Below are positions 28,813-39,281 of a DNA stretch of 64,000 nt, piece after piece (position 1 is the stretch's first letter; every line of letters starts with the position of its first letter). Made by a program: the position numbers and the translations under genes. The notes under the pieces are model-generated. The model searched no databases. It saw only the letters and a program-made list of their open reading frames with translations, and was not told the DNA's origin. This DNA is from Candidatus Aceula meridiana (GTDB taxonomy: Bacteria > Omnitrophota > Gorgyraeia > Zapsychrales > Aceulaceae): the NCBI GenBank assembly GCA_030765185.1, contig JAVCDE010000002.1, positions 853 to 64,852 on the forward strand, read 5' to 3'.

Positions 28813-31446
28813 ATGTTATTTAAACTGCAAAAAATAAAATCTTCACTGAAAACTTCTTTTGGAAGTTTTACCTATTTTTCTTTGCCTAAATTAAATAAAT
28901 TTAGATTGAATGTTGAACACTTGCCATTTTCTATCAAAGTTATTCTTGAAAGTGCTCTTCGTAATTGCGATGAACACAAAATAACTTCTAAAGACATCGA
29001 GACCATTGCAAAATGGTCGCCTAAATCTTCTTCTCCAAAAGAAATTGCTTTTAAACCCGGTCGTGTTATTCTTCAAGATTTTACTGGAGTTCCTTGTGTT
29101 GTGGATTTAGCTGCTATGCGTGATGCCGTTAAAACATTAGGAGGGGATTATAAGAAAATTAATCCGCAAGTGCCATGTGATTTGATTATTGACCATTCTG
29201 TTCAGGTGGATTTTTCCGGTAAAAAAGATGCGTATCAAAAGAACCTTACGAAAGAGTTTCAACGAAATCGCGAGCGTTATGAATTCCTAAAATGGGGACA
29301 AAAAGCCTTTAAGAATTTTCGCGTTATTCCCCCGGCAACAGGAATTATCCATCAAATCAATCTTGAATATCTTGCACAGGGCGTTCTTGTTCAAAAACAG
29401 GGCAAAAAACGCATTGTATATCCGGACAGCCTTATCGGTACAGATAGCCATACAACTATGATTAATGGCCTAGGAGTTGTTGGTTGGGGTGTTGGGGGAA
29501 TCGAGGCGGAAGCGGTTATGCTCGGCGAACCTTTGAATATGCTTTTGCCTGAGGTCATTGGGTTTCATCTTAAAGGACAGCTGCGCGAAGGCGTTATGCC
29601 AACGGATTTAGTTTTGACAATTGTTGAAATGTTGCGCAAAGAGGGGGTGGTTGGAAAATTTGTTGAATATTTTGGTGAAGGACTTGAATTTCTCACGCTT
29701 GAAAATCGCGCAATGATTGCAAACATGTCGCCTGAATATGGGGCAACTCTCGGGTTCTTCCCAGTCGATGATAGAACATTGGATTATTATCGAACCACCG
29801 GTCGTAAAAAATCTCAAATTGATTTAATTAAAAAATATTACAAAGCACAGGGAATGTTTTATGAAAAGGGCATGAAGCCCGCAAAATATACAAAGATTTT
29901 AGAATTAGACCTTGGCAAAATCCGGATAAGCTTAGCCGGTCCTAAGAGGCCACAAGACCGCATTGATTTGGGTGAGATGAAAAGTGCATTTGAAAAAACA
30001 TTTTCAAAGCCAAAAGCATCGCTTGAAAAGTTAACAAATGGGTCAGTTGTTATTGCTTCGATTACAAGCTGTACAAATACATCCGACCCGCAAGTTCTAA
30101 TCGGTGCTGCCCTTTTAGCAAAAAATGCAATTGAACGAGGCTTAAATGTAAAAAATTTTGTTAAAACATCTCTATCCCCAGGATCAAGAGTTGTTACAAA
30201 GTATCTTAAGAAACTAAATCTGATGAAATATTTTGAACAACTTGGATTTCATGTTGCTGGCTATGGATGCATGACTTGCATCGGAAACAGTGGGCCACTG
30301 TCAAAAAAAATAACTGATGCCATCACAAAAGAAAAGTTGACGGTGACAAGTGTTTCAAGTGGAAACCGTAATTTTGAAGGGCGCATTAGCCCTTGGGTTA
30401 AAGCTAATTATCTTGGAAGTCCGCTTTTAGTTGTGGCTTATGCCTTGGCCGGAAATGTGACTATTGATTTAGCGAAAGATCCCCTTGGTAAAGATAAAAG
30501 AGGAGAAGATGTTTATTTAAGTGATATTTGGCCGACCCATAGAGAGATTCAGCAGCTAATAAAAAAATCTGTAACAGCGTCAATGTTTCAAAAAACATAT
30601 AAAAAAGCGCTTCGAGGAACTAGCGAGTGGGGAAAAATTAAATGCACAAAAGGTGATCTTTTTAAATGGAAAAACAAAAGTACTTATATCCAAAATCCAC
30701 CCTTCTTTGCAGGAATGAAGAAAGCAGTTAAAAAAAATAATCCTATTGTGGGGGCGCGGGTCTTGGCTGTCTTAGGCGATTCCATTACAACAGATCACAT
30801 TTCTCCCGCAGGTGCTATTTCAAAAAATTCACCCGCTGGCCGATATTTGCAGTCGCTCGGAGTTAAAGAGGCGGCGTTTAACAGCTACGGGTCTAGACGG
30901 GGAAATGATCGTGTTATGACGCGGGGAACATTTGCCAACATTCGACTTAAAAACCAACTCATTCCGGGTGTAGAGGGGTCAGCTACTATTCATTTTCCAA
31001 GTAAAAAAAAGACTGATATCTACAATGCATCCCATCTTTATAAAAAAGCTCAAACTCCTTTGATCATTTTAGCCGGAAAAGAATACGGAACCGGTTCTTC
31101 ACGCGATTGGGCGGCCAAAGGTACAGCTCTTTTGAATGTGAAGGCTGTTATTGCCCAAAGCTACGAACGAATTCATCGTAGCAATTTAGTTGGTATGGGT
31201 GTTTTGCCGTTAGAATTTATGCATGGCGCTTCGCATCAAAGTTTAGGATTAAAAGGAGATGAAATATTTGATATTTTAGGGCTTGATGGCCCTATCAAAC
31301 CGCAGCAAATTATCTGCGTTCTTGCCACAAGCAAAAGTGGTAAAAAAAAGGAGTTTAAGGTTAAGCTGCGCTTAGATACGCAAATGGATATTGATTATTA
31401 CCAAAACGGCGGCATTTTACATGCTGTCATACGTAATCTTTTTTAA
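28813..31446 (+). CDS. acnA: Aconitate hydratase A
   Basis: LQDFTGVP, DHSVQVD, GTDSHT, SCTNTS, GCMTCIGNSG, TTDHISPAG, GTGSSRDWAAKG. Confidence 0.97.
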   Translation: MLFKLQKIKSSLKTSFGSFTYFSLPKLNKFRLNVEHLPFSIKVILESALRNCDEHKITSKDIETIAKWSPKSSSPKEIAFKPGRVILQDFTGVPCVVDLAAMRDAVKTLGGDYKKINPQVPCDLIIDHSVQVDFSGKKDAYQKNLTKEFQRNRERYEFLKWGQKAFKNFRVIPPATGIIHQINLEYLAQGVLVQKQGKKRIVYPDSLIGTDSHTTMINGLGVVGWGVGGIEAEAVMLGEPLNMLLPEVIGFHLKGQLREGVMPTDLVLTIVEMLRKEGVVGKFVEYFGEGLEFLTLENRAMIANMSPEYGATLGFFPVDDRTLDYYRTTGRKKSQIDLIKKYYKAQGMFYEKGMKPAKYTKILELDLGKIRISLAGPKRPQDRIDLGEMKSAFEKTFSKPKASLEKLTNGSVVIASITSCTNTSDPQVLIGAALLAKNAIERGLNVKNFVKTSLSPGSRVVTKYLKKLNLMKYFEQLGFHVAGYGCMTCIGNSGPLSKKITDAITKEKLTVTSVSSGNRNFEGRISPWVKANYLGSPLLVVAYALAGNVTIDLAKDPLGKDKRGEDVYLSDIWPTHREIQQLIKKSVTASMFQKTYKKALRGTSEWGKIKCTKGDLFKWKNKSTYIQNPPFFAGMKKAVKKNNPIVGARVLAVLGDSITTDHISPAGAISKNSPAGRYLQSLGVKEAAFNSYGSRRGNDRVMTRGTFANIRLKNQLIPGVEGSATIHFPSKKKTDIYNASHLYKKAQTPLIILAGKEYGTGSSRDWAAKGTALLNVKAVIAQSYERIHRSNLVGMGVLPLEFMHGASHQSLGLKGDEIFDILGLDGPIKPQQIICVLATSKSGKKKEFKVKLRLDTQMDIDYYQNGGILHAVIRNLF

Positions 31447-31460
31447 CAAAAGGAGGGGTC

Positions 31461-31691
31461 ATGGCCGGACGTAAACTAACAGAGGCAACAAAACGTAAGA
31501 TTAGTTTGTCACAAAGAGGAAAGAAGAATTCTTTTTATGGAAAAAAACATAAAAAATCATCAAAAGAAAAAATTTCTAAAGCCTCAAAAGGGAAAAATAA
31601 TTCTATGTACGGCAAAAAACACACGGCAGCAACAAAACGCAAAATTAGTTTAGCGCGTAAACGTGCTATTGCTCGCGCTAAACGTAAGTAA
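31461..31691 (+). CDS. Small, highly basic NUMOD3-repeat protein (putative DNA-binding)
   Basis: Repeats of GKKHxxxxKxKISxxxxGxxNxxY. Strong RBS aaggagg. Confidence 0.75.
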   Translation: MAGRKLTEATKRKISLSQRGKKNSFYGKKHKKSSKEKISKASKGKNNSMYGKKHTAATKRKISLARKRAIARAKRK

Positions 31692-31692
31692 G

Positions 31693-31866
31693 ATGGTAAA
31701 AAAGCCTCATCCTCGTATTTGGAACAAACGCAACGGCAAGATGATGCCTCCAAAAATCCTAAAGACTCAGCAAGGGCCCAAGGGTGAAATAGAAACAAGC
31801 TCACCATCTTGCAATGTGACGTTTTTTTCAAAATTAAGAAAACAAATTAAAAAAAATATTTCTTAA
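31693..31866 (+). CDS. Small basic hypothetical protein
   Basis: 57-aa ORF filling the gap between tightly coupled neighbours. No recognisable motif. Confidence 0.4.
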   Translation: MVKKPHPRIWNKRNGKMMPPKILKTQQGPKGEIETSSPSCNVTFFSKLRKQIKKNIS

Positions 31867-31869
31867 GGC

Positions 31870-32307
31870 ATGTCTAAAAAAATTCTGATTGTTTTTCTCA
31901 TTTGTACAATCTTTTCACCTTCAGCTTTTGCCCAATATGGGCGTTCACCAAAAGTTCTAGAGACACGGGCTTTCACCTATGTCCAAAGAGCTGATCAGCT
32001 TTTGTCCTATGCGCATAAAATTATGGAGCTACGGCCAGATAAAGAAAGTGCAGAAATTTTTGTTGAGCTTTATTTACAAGCGTCCCGTCTTTATGGAGAT
32101 GCAGCGAGACTTTTAAGGGCCATTGGGCCATTTTATATTCAACAATCTGTTATTGATAAATTTGCAAAAGCTGAGTTGGATTGCCTTAAGACCGTTGATG
32201 AGGCTCGCCGCATGGTCAACAAGGGCGAAATTGTCAAAGTCTCTGACTGGGAAATTAAAAAACTACTTAATGAGATTAGGGAGATTCAAGATGAATTGTC
32301 CGAATAA
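31870..32307 (+). CDS. Secreted alpha-helical hypothetical protein
   Basis: Signal peptide ending AFA-Q; helical body. Confidence 0.65.
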   Translation: MSKKILIVFLICTIFSPSAFAQYGRSPKVLETRAFTYVQRADQLLSYAHKIMELRPDKESAEIFVELYLQASRLYGDAARLLRAIGPFYIQQSVIDKFAKAELDCLKTVDEARRMVNKGEIVKVSDWEIKKLLNEIREIQDELSE

Positions 32308-32503
32308 AGAGCGAAATATAAGGGAGCATTGTAACTGCAGCTACAGCGCTTGCGATAAAACTGGTATTTGCTGTGAATGTCTTCATTATCATAGGAAGAA
32401 GGGTGCGTTGCCGGCCTGCTACTTTCCGGCTGATGCAGAGAAAACATACAATAGGTCAATCGAGCACTTTATTGAAGTTTATCAGAAGCATAAACATCTC
32501 TAG
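32291..32503 (+). CDS. Small Cys-rich protein (DUF6485-like)
   Basis: [18 protein letters not shown]....LPACYF...EKTYNRS pattern. Confidence 0.7.
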   Translation: MNCPNKERNIREHCNCSYSACDKTGICCECLHYHRKKGALPACYFPADAEKTYNRSIEHFIEVYQKHKHL

Positions 32504-32594
32504 TGGATAGCTTTAAGAAAAACCTTGATGAAGTTTAAGACGTGTGCTAAATTAATGGCTATTAAAAAATCAATGTCATATAAGAGGAGCCAAA

Positions 32595-33191
32595 ATGAAA
32601 CTTGAAATTTTTATTTTAATGTTCATTCTTGTCGGATTTCCTGCCTTTGCAAAGGAGGATAAAGCTCCCCTTATAAGTGATAAAATAGTTACACCCCAAA
32701 GCTCTAAAAATGATCCTGCGCTTCCAGAAACCTCTTATGATCTCCAAAAATGGCGAATAAAAGAGGAGAAAGTCGTTTCGGATGCTATTGATGTCTTCAA
32801 GCGTAAAGCACAGCCAATTCGGTCAAAACGAGTCTGGATTTACGATAAAAATGGTGAAAAAAACTTTTTAGTTGAATATACGCCAAGCGAAAAGAATCCG
32901 AAGGTCCTTTTTTCCGACGATGAAAATTTTGCTTTTTTTATTGGGCTTTCCGATATTGGTCAAAGCATCATCTATGGTATAAATTTAACAACAGGGAATC
33001 AGTATCCGATTGATACGGCAAGCCATTTTGATATGATTACCTGCCCAAATAATAAAAAAAGCTACGTGATCGTCAATAAACGCGATAGTAATCGAAATAC
33101 TTATTTTATTTATAATTTAAACGGAAAACAGGAAAGTAGCCTAATGGATGCTGTAACACCTGAAAATTTAAAAGATAAGGTTTGCTACTAA
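32595..33191 (+). CDS. Secreted hypothetical protein, beta-rich
   Basis: Signal peptide ending AFA-K; RBS gaggag. Confidence 0.65.
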   Translation: MKLEIFILMFILVGFPAFAKEDKAPLISDKIVTPQSSKNDPALPETSYDLQKWRIKEEKVVSDAIDVFKRKAQPIRSKRVWIYDKNGEKNFLVEYTPSEKNPKVLFSDDENFAFFIGLSDIGQSIIYGINLTTGNQYPIDTASHFDMITCPNNKKSYVIVNKRDSNRNTYFIYNLNGKQESSLMDAVTPENLKDKVCY

Positions 33192-33205
33192 AAAGGAGGA
33201 GAAGG

Positions 33206-34114
33206 ATGAGATTTTTTGTTTTTTCTTTTATCATGGCTCTTATGATGAATTTAAGCGTTGCTACAGAGGCTTACTGCGCTAAAGGTCTAAAGAAAACTGT
33301 TGCAGTCTTAAGCTTTCAGAATGATTCTGGCTACAGCAGCATGGGCGATATCGGTGATGATTTTTCTATGCAGCTTAACGATGCACTAATTCAGAGTGGT
33401 GATTTTATTGTTTTATCAAGACAAGATTTAGATGCTGTTTTTGCCGAGCAAGACTTGGCGACAAGCGGACGTATGGCCAAATCAACTACAGCAAAAACAG
33501 GAAAAGCTGTTTCATCTCAAATTTTAGTTAAAGGACGCATTACTGAATTTGATGAACAAAAATCTGGTGGTGGACAAGGCTTAAGCCTTTACGGTGTATC
33601 TTTAGGCTCTAACAAAGCTACAGCGCATGTTGCAGTTATTATTCAGCTTATTGATACAACAACAGGTGAAATTCTCGATTCGCAGCGCATTGAAGGCGAT
33701 GCCAAAGCCGGCGGTTTTTCTATCGGATATAGTGGAGACTTTGGAATTAGTACTTCGAGTTTTAAGAAGACTCCTCTTGGAAAAGCTGTCCAAATGGCAA
33801 TTGATCGTGCTGTTCAGCATATTACGAAAAAATCTTCAGATATTCCATGGCGAGGACGCGTTATGTTGGTTAAAAACGGTCTTGTTTATGTAAACTCAGG
33901 CTCTAACGCAAATTTGAGTTCCGGTGATTCATTTGCTGTTTATCGTGAAGGTGAAGCCCTAATAGATCCCGATACAGGCATGGAGCTAGGAAGAGAAAAT
34001 GCAAAAATTGCTGATATTAAAATCACAGAAGTCCAAGATAAATTCTCGAAAGCTAGCATCTCTGGCGCTGCTTCCTCAGAAGTTGCTAAAGGCGATCTTA
34101 TTCTAGAAAAATAA
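33206..34114 (+). CDS. CsgG/HfaB-family protein with FlgT-like C-terminal domain
   Basis: KKTVAVLSF, LSRQDLDAVFAEQDL, KGRITEF, IDTTTGEI, and C-terminal LIDPDTGMELG. Confidence 0.8.
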   Translation: MRFFVFSFIMALMMNLSVATEAYCAKGLKKTVAVLSFQNDSGYSSMGDIGDDFSMQLNDALIQSGDFIVLSRQDLDAVFAEQDLATSGRMAKSTTAKTGKAVSSQILVKGRITEFDEQKSGGGQGLSLYGVSLGSNKATAHVAVIIQLIDTTTGEILDSQRIEGDAKAGGFSIGYSGDFGISTSSFKKTPLGKAVQMAIDRAVQHITKKSSDIPWRGRVMLVKNGLVYVNSGSNANLSSGDSFAVYREGEALIDPDTGMELGRENAKIADIKITEVQDKFSKASISGAASSEVAKGDLILEK

Positions 34115-34124
34115 AGGAAAAATT

Positions 34125-34316
34125 ATGCGCATATTCTTATTATTGACCCTTATTTCTTTTTTGTCGTTTACCGGCTGTGAAACAATGCACAAAGGGACAA
34201 AAGCCGCTGGCGGTGCTTTGGGCGAAGGCGCTAAAATTGTTGGCGGTGTTTCTGAAGGCGGTGCAGAGGTCATGCGCGGCGGCGAAACACCAGAAGAAAA
34301 TCCATACGGACGATAA
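34125..34316 (+). CDS. Small glycine-rich lipoprotein (entericidin-like)
   Basis: Lipobox FTGC followed by ETMHKG and a Gly-rich amphipathic segment. Confidence 0.65.
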   Translation: MRIFLLLTLISFLSFTGCETMHKGTKAAGGALGEGAKIVGGVSEGGAEVMRGGETPEENPYGR

Positions 34317-34327
34317 AATATAAAATT

Positions 34328-35728
34328 ATGGGAAAAACACTCTACGAAAGAATATGGGATGACCATGCTGTGCATCAGGCAGAAGGCCAAGCAACGCTTT
34401 TGTATGTGGATCGGCAGTTAGTTCACGAAGTAACTTCACCACAAGCATTTGAGGGACTGCGTCTTAAGAAAAGAAAAGTGCGTCATCCAGAAAGAACTTT
34501 TGCCACGATGGATCACAATGTTCCAACGCATGCAAAGGATTTGTCTTTTGCAGATAGCATTTCAAGATTGCAGATGGAAACTCTTGAAAAAAATTGTAAA
34601 GAGTTTGGTGTTAGTTGTTTGCACTTTACTCATCCAGATCAAGGCGTTGTGCATATTATAGGGCCCGAACTAGGAATTACACAGCCTGGCATGATTATTG
34701 TTTGCGGTGATTCACACACAGCCACACACGGAGCATTTGGCGCTTTGGCTTTTGGTATCGGAACCTCGGAGGTCGAACATGTTATGGCGACGCAAACTTT
34801 GCAGCAAAACAAATCTAAAACTATGCTGATTAACATCGACGGACCTTTGGGCAAGGGTGTGACTCCAAAAGACATTATTTTGTATATAATCGGAAAAATC
34901 GGGACTGACGGTGCTACAGGTTTTGTTATCGAGTATGCAGGCGAAACAATCCGTGCGTTATCAATGGAAGCTCGTATGACCATTTGCAATATGAGTATCG
35001 AGGCGGGTGGACGCGCTGGCATGATTGCATGCGACGAAAAGACATTTGAATATGTTAAAGGACGTGACCATGCTCCCAAAGGTGAAGATTGGGAAAAGGC
35101 TCTTTCGTATTGGAAAACATTAAAGAGTGATTCCGATGCAAAATTTAATAAGGTGATTAACTTAAAAGCCGAAGATATCAAGCCTCAAATAACCTGGGGA
35201 ACATCTCCGGAGCAAGTTGTGGCTGTTGATGAGGCTGTGCCTAACCTAGATGATTTTTCTGATCCCATAAAGAAAGAGGCTGCAAAAAAGGCATTAGACT
35301 ATGTTGGACTTAAATCTGACACACCGATGGCTGAAATTCTTATAGACACAGTCTTTATCGGTTCTTGTACAAATGGCCGCATTGAAGATCTTCGAGCAGC
35401 TGCAAAAATTGCTGAAGGCAAAAAAGTTTCTAATAAAGTTCAAGCTATCGTTGTTCCAGGTTCAGGTCGCGTTAAACGCCAGGCAGAAAAAGAAGGCTTA
35501 GACAAGATTTTTAAAGCGGCTGGCTTTGAATGGCGTGAACCAGGATGCTCAATGTGCTTGGCCATGAACGAAGATAAATTAAATCCCGGACAAAGATGCG
35601 TCTCAACGACAAATCGTAACTTTGAAGGACGCCAAGGCAAGGGAAGCCGTACACATTTAGCAAGCCCTGAAATGGCAGTTGTTGCTGCTGTTGAGGGACG
35701 CATTGCAGATATTCGGGAGTACATTTAA
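34328..35728 (+). CDS. leuC: 3-isopropylmalate dehydratase large subunit
   Basis: [49 protein letters not shown]. Confidence 0.97.
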   Translation: MGKTLYERIWDDHAVHQAEGQATLLYVDRQLVHEVTSPQAFEGLRLKKRKVRHPERTFATMDHNVPTHAKDLSFADSISRLQMETLEKNCKEFGVSCLHFTHPDQGVVHIIGPELGITQPGMIIVCGDSHTATHGAFGALAFGIGTSEVEHVMATQTLQQNKSKTMLINIDGPLGKGVTPKDIILYIIGKIGTDGATGFVIEYAGETIRALSMEARMTICNMSIEAGGRAGMIACDEKTFEYVKGRDHAPKGEDWEKALSYWKTLKSDSDAKFNKVINLKAEDIKPQITWGTSPEQVVAVDEAVPNLDDFSDPIKKEAAKKALDYVGLKSDTPMAEILIDTVFIGSCTNGRIEDLRAAAKIAEGKKVSNKVQAIVVPGSGRVKRQAEKEGLDKIFKAAGFEWREPGCSMCLAMNEDKLNPGQRCVSTTNRNFEGRQGKGSRTHLASPEMAVVAAVEGRIADIREYI

Positions 35729-35729
35729 A

Positions 35730-36341
35730 ATGGAGCCATTGGTAAAACATACAGGATTGGTTGCTTCGATTGATCGGGCAAATATCGATACAGACGCAAT
35801 TATTCCAAAGCAATTCTTAAAAAAAGTCGACCGCGTTGGCTTTGGCAAACATCTTTTTCATGATTGGCGATATTTAGATGATGAAGAGACACAAATCAAC
35901 CCTGATTTCATTCTGAATAAGAAAGAATATGATGACGCAAGCGTTCTTTTGGCGCGCGATAACTTTGGATGTGGTTCAAGCCGTGAACATGCGCCTTGGG
36001 CTTTAGAAGATTTTGGATTTAAAGTTATCATTGCACCAAGCTTTGCGGATATTTTTTACAACAACTGTATTCGCAATGGCATTCTTTTAGTTCGCCTAAA
36101 AGATAGCGAAGTCGATGAGTTATTCCACTTTGCATCCAAAACTAATGATGCTAAAATAACAGCTGATTTACCAAATCAGTCCATTGCAACTTCAGACGGC
36201 AAAGCTTACCAATTTGAAATTAATGATTTTGCCAAGGAGTGTCTGATAAAAGGCCTAGATAGCATTGGATGGACAGAACAATTTATTGGAAAAATTGAAA
36301 CCTTTGAAAAAACACTTGCCCAAGAAAAACCTTGGATTTAG
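35730..36341 (+). CDS. leuD: 3-isopropylmalate dehydratase small subunit
   Basis: NIDTDAIIPKQFL, NFGCGSSREHAPWAL, SFADIFYNN. Confidence 0.97.
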   Translation: MEPLVKHTGLVASIDRANIDTDAIIPKQFLKKVDRVGFGKHLFHDWRYLDDEETQINPDFILNKKEYDDASVLLARDNFGCGSSREHAPWALEDFGFKVIIAPSFADIFYNNCIRNGILLVRLKDSEVDELFHFASKTNDAKITADLPNQSIATSDGKAYQFEINDFAKECLIKGLDSIGWTEQFIGKIETFEKTLAQEKPWI

Positions 36342-36349
36342 GGGGAAAT

Positions 36350-37420
36350 ATGGCAGGAAACACTTTTGGAAAACTATTCACAATAACGACCTTTGGTGAG
36401 AGCCACGGGAAAGCCATTGGTGTTGTTATTGATGGAGTAAAGCCAGGAATGCCGCTTACCGAAGCTGATATTCAAGTTGAGCTTGATAGGCGGCGTCCTG
36501 GCCAAAGTATGGCTACAACACAGCGCAAAGAGCCAGATAAAGCAGAAATTCTTTCGGGTGTTTTCGAAGAAAAAACAACTGGGACACCTATTGCCATTGT
36601 AATTACTAATACGGATGCCAATCCAAAAGATTATGAGAATTTAAAAGATGTTTTCCGTCCAGGACACGCAGACTTTGCCTACCTTGAAAAATTTGGTGTT
36701 CGTGATTGGCGAGGAGGAGGTCGGGCATCCGGCCGCGAGACCGCAGCACGCGTTGCTGCCGGTGCTGTTGCAAAAAAAATGCTTAAAGAACAAGGCGTTA
36801 CTGTTACCGCCTACACAAAAGAAATCGCGGGTATTGTTGCTGAAAATCTTGATTTAAACAGTATTGAAAACAATCCTGTACGCTGCCCTGATGCAAAGGC
36901 AGCCAAGGCGATGCTTTCGAAAATTGATGAGGCTCGTAAAACTCTTGATTCTGTAGGCGGTATTATCGAGGCTATTGTTACGGGATGTCCTCCGGGACTG
37001 GGAGATCCTGTTTTCGATAAGCTTGATGCTAAACTATCCCAAGCAATCATGTCTATTGGAGCTGTTAAAGGTATTGAATTTGGCGATGGGTTTAAAGCCT
37101 CCTCCATGAAAGGTTCTGAATTTAATGATGCCTACAAGTCTGAAGGTGGCAAAACTCAGGTTCAATCAAACCACGGTGGTGGGATTTCCGGAGGAATCTC
37201 AAACGGAGGAGATATTGTTTTGCGCACGGTTGTTCGCCCAACATGTTCGATAGCTCAGCCGCAGGACACAATCACAAAAGGCGGGGAAGCGACTTCTATT
37301 CAAATTAAAGGACGTCATGATCCTTGTATCTGCCCGCGCGCAGTTGTTGTCGTTGAGGCAATGATTGCAGTTACCCTGGCTGATTGTTTGCTTATTCAAA
37401 AAAGCATACAATCAAAATAA
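36350..37420 (+). CDS. aroC: Chorismate synthase
   Basis: TFGESHG, RRRPGQS, RPGHAD, GGGRASGRET, GRHDPC. Confidence 0.97.
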   Translation: MAGNTFGKLFTITTFGESHGKAIGVVIDGVKPGMPLTEADIQVELDRRRPGQSMATTQRKEPDKAEILSGVFEEKTTGTPIAIVITNTDANPKDYENLKDVFRPGHADFAYLEKFGVRDWRGGGRASGRETAARVAAGAVAKKMLKEQGVTVTAYTKEIAGIVAENLDLNSIENNPVRCPDAKAAKAMLSKIDEARKTLDSVGGIIEAIVTGCPPGLGDPVFDKLDAKLSQAIMSIGAVKGIEFGDGFKASSMKGSEFNDAYKSEGGKTQVQSNHGGGISGGISNGGDIVLRTVVRPTCSIAQPQDTITKGGEATSIQIKGRHDPCICPRAVVVVEAMIAVTLADCLLIQKSIQSK

Positions 37421-37424
37421 CTCC

Positions 37425-38288
37425 ATGAATAAAAATTCAAAAGTAATCCTCATTACGGGATGCTCGAGCGGCTTTGGCCTGCGCACAGCAGCCCGTTTAG
37501 CTGCTACAGGGCATAAAGTTTTTGCCACGATGCGTGATCTTTCTAAAAAAGATGATTTAGTGGGGGAGGTTTCTCTGCGCGGCGGAAAAACAAAAATTTT
37601 AAAACTCGATGTCACTGATGTCAAATCCATCGAAAAAGTTGTCAGCCGCATTGAAGAAAATGAAGGACATATTGATGTCTTAATTAATAACGCTGGATAC
37701 GGAATCGGTGGTTTTTTTGAAGATTTAGAACAGGAGGAAATTCGCGCTGTTATGGAAACTAATTTCTTTGGCGTTCAAAACGTAACTCGCGCTGTCATTC
37801 CATTAATGCGCAAAGCTAAGAAGGGTTTGATTATTAATCTCTCCAGCATTGCAGGTTTTTGTGGATTCCCAGGACTTGGTGCTTATTCTGCTAGCAAATG
37901 GGCTTTAGAAGGGTTTTCTGAGAGCCTATTTTTTGAATTGGCACCATTTGGTATCCATGTTTGTTTGATTGAACCAGGCACATACAAAACAAAAATTTTC
38001 TTTGAGAATCGAAAATATGCAAAAAAGTTTTTTAACTCCCAGAGTCCTTATTACGAAACTTCGCAAAAGTTTCAAAAAGACGTTAATGATAATGTCAGAA
38101 TTGGCGCAAAGGATCCTGAGGAGATTGCTATTCTTATCGAATCTTTGATTAAAAGCGAGGGAAGGCCGGCTTTTCGCAATATTCCTGACCAAAAAACAAA
38201 GCTCATTTCTCTGTTAAAACGTTTCTTACCTGTCCGTTGTTATTTCTGGACAGTTCGCTTTCTTCTGCATTTTTCTTCTAAAAAATAA
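37425..38288 (+). CDS. SDR family oxidoreductase
   Basis: TGCSSGFG, NNAG and catalytic YSASK. Confidence 0.92.
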   Translation: MNKNSKVILITGCSSGFGLRTAARLAATGHKVFATMRDLSKKDDLVGEVSLRGGKTKILKLDVTDVKSIEKVVSRIEENEGHIDVLINNAGYGIGGFFEDLEQEEIRAVMETNFFGVQNVTRAVIPLMRKAKKGLIINLSSIAGFCGFPGLGAYSASKWALEGFSESLFFELAPFGIHVCLIEPGTYKTKIFFENRKYAKKFFNSQSPYYETSQKFQKDVNDNVRIGAKDPEEIAILIESLIKSEGRPAFRNIPDQKTKLISLLKRFLPVRCYFWTVRFLLHFSSKK

Positions 38289-38307
38289 ATTTTATAAGGA
38301 GGAGTTT

Positions 38308-39234
38308 ATGGGGCATATATTTAAAAATATTACTGAAACAGTAGGAAATACCCCTTTAGTCAAGATTAATAAGCTGGCTGAATCAAGCGGGGCAACAATT
38401 TTGGTTAAAGTTGAATCCTTTAACCCGCTTTCAAGTGTTAAAGACCGCATTGGCCTTGCAATGATTGAAGACGCAGAACAAAAAGGCATCCTTAAAAAAG
38501 GTTCCGTTATTATTGAGCCAACGAGTGGAAATACAGGTATTGCTTTAGCTTTTGTTGCAGCCGCCAAAGGTTACGAAATTATTCTGACAATGCCTGACAC
38601 GATGAGCATTGAAAGGCAAAAACTTTTAAAAATTTTAGGTGCAAAGCTTGTTTTAACAGAAGGCTCTAAAGGAATGAAAGGGGCTATTGAAAAAGCTGAA
38701 GAAATCGCAGCTAAGACTCCAGACAGCTTCGTCCCACAACAATTCAATAATGCTGCAAACCCTGAAGTTCATCGAAAAACAACGGCGCAGGAAATCTTGC
38801 GCGATACAGATGGTAAGGTCGATGTCTTTATTGCAGGAGTTGGAACAGGGGGAACTGTAACCGGTGTTGGCGAAGTCTTAAAACAAAGAAATCCTGAAGT
38901 AAAAATTATCGCCTTAGAGCCTTTTGAATCACCGGTTTTATCTGGAGGAAGCCCTGGACCGCACAAGATTCAAGGAATTGGTGCCGGCTTTATCCCGGAA
39001 GTTATCAATACTAAGATAATCGACGAAATTATTAAAGTTTCACATGAAAATGCCGGTGCGACATCACGGCTATTGGCCAAAAAGGAGGGAATCCTTGCTG
39101 GAATTTCAGCAGGGGCAAACGTCTGGGCAGCCCTAGAAGTTGCTAAACGCCCTGAATCGAAAGGCAAAACGATTGTCACTATTATTTGCGATACAGGAGA
39201 GCGCTATTTATCAACCTGGCTTTTTGAAAAATAA
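38308..39234 (+). CDS. cysK: Cysteine synthase A
   Basis: NPLSSVKDRI, EPTSGNTGI, GVGTGGT, HKIQGIG, GERYLST. Confidence 0.97.
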   Translation: MGHIFKNITETVGNTPLVKINKLAESSGATILVKVESFNPLSSVKDRIGLAMIEDAEQKGILKKGSVIIEPTSGNTGIALAFVAAAKGYEIILTMPDTMSIERQKLLKILGAKLVLTEGSKGMKGAIEKAEEIAAKTPDSFVPQQFNNAANPEVHRKTTAQEILRDTDGKVDVFIAGVGTGGTVTGVGEVLKQRNPEVKIIALEPFESPVLSGGSPGPHKIQGIGAGFIPEVINTKIIDEIIKVSHENAGATSRLLAKKEGILAGISAGANVWAALEVAKRPESKGKTIVTIICDTGERYLSTWLFEK

Positions 39235-39277
39235 ACCCCGGAAGAAAGAACCATTAATTTCAATCTTCCTGCGGGGT
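39235..39277. terminator. Imperfect hairpin between convergent cysK and MBL genes
   Basis: accccg-gaaga...tcttc-ctg-cggggt. Confidence 0.35.
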
Positions 39278-39281
39278 AGAT

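Noticed and set aside
31461-31866. Homing endonuclease or group I intron at the acnA 3' end
   Set aside because: acnA is uninterrupted and no GIY-YIG, HNH or LAGLIDADG motif is present. Only the NUMOD3 repeats are there.
34639-35181. 180-aa antisense ORF, and the many other 60-145 aa antisense or alternate-frame ORFs
   Set aside because: They lie wholly within well-supported genes (here leuC), lack RBS and motifs, and are typical codon-bias shadows.
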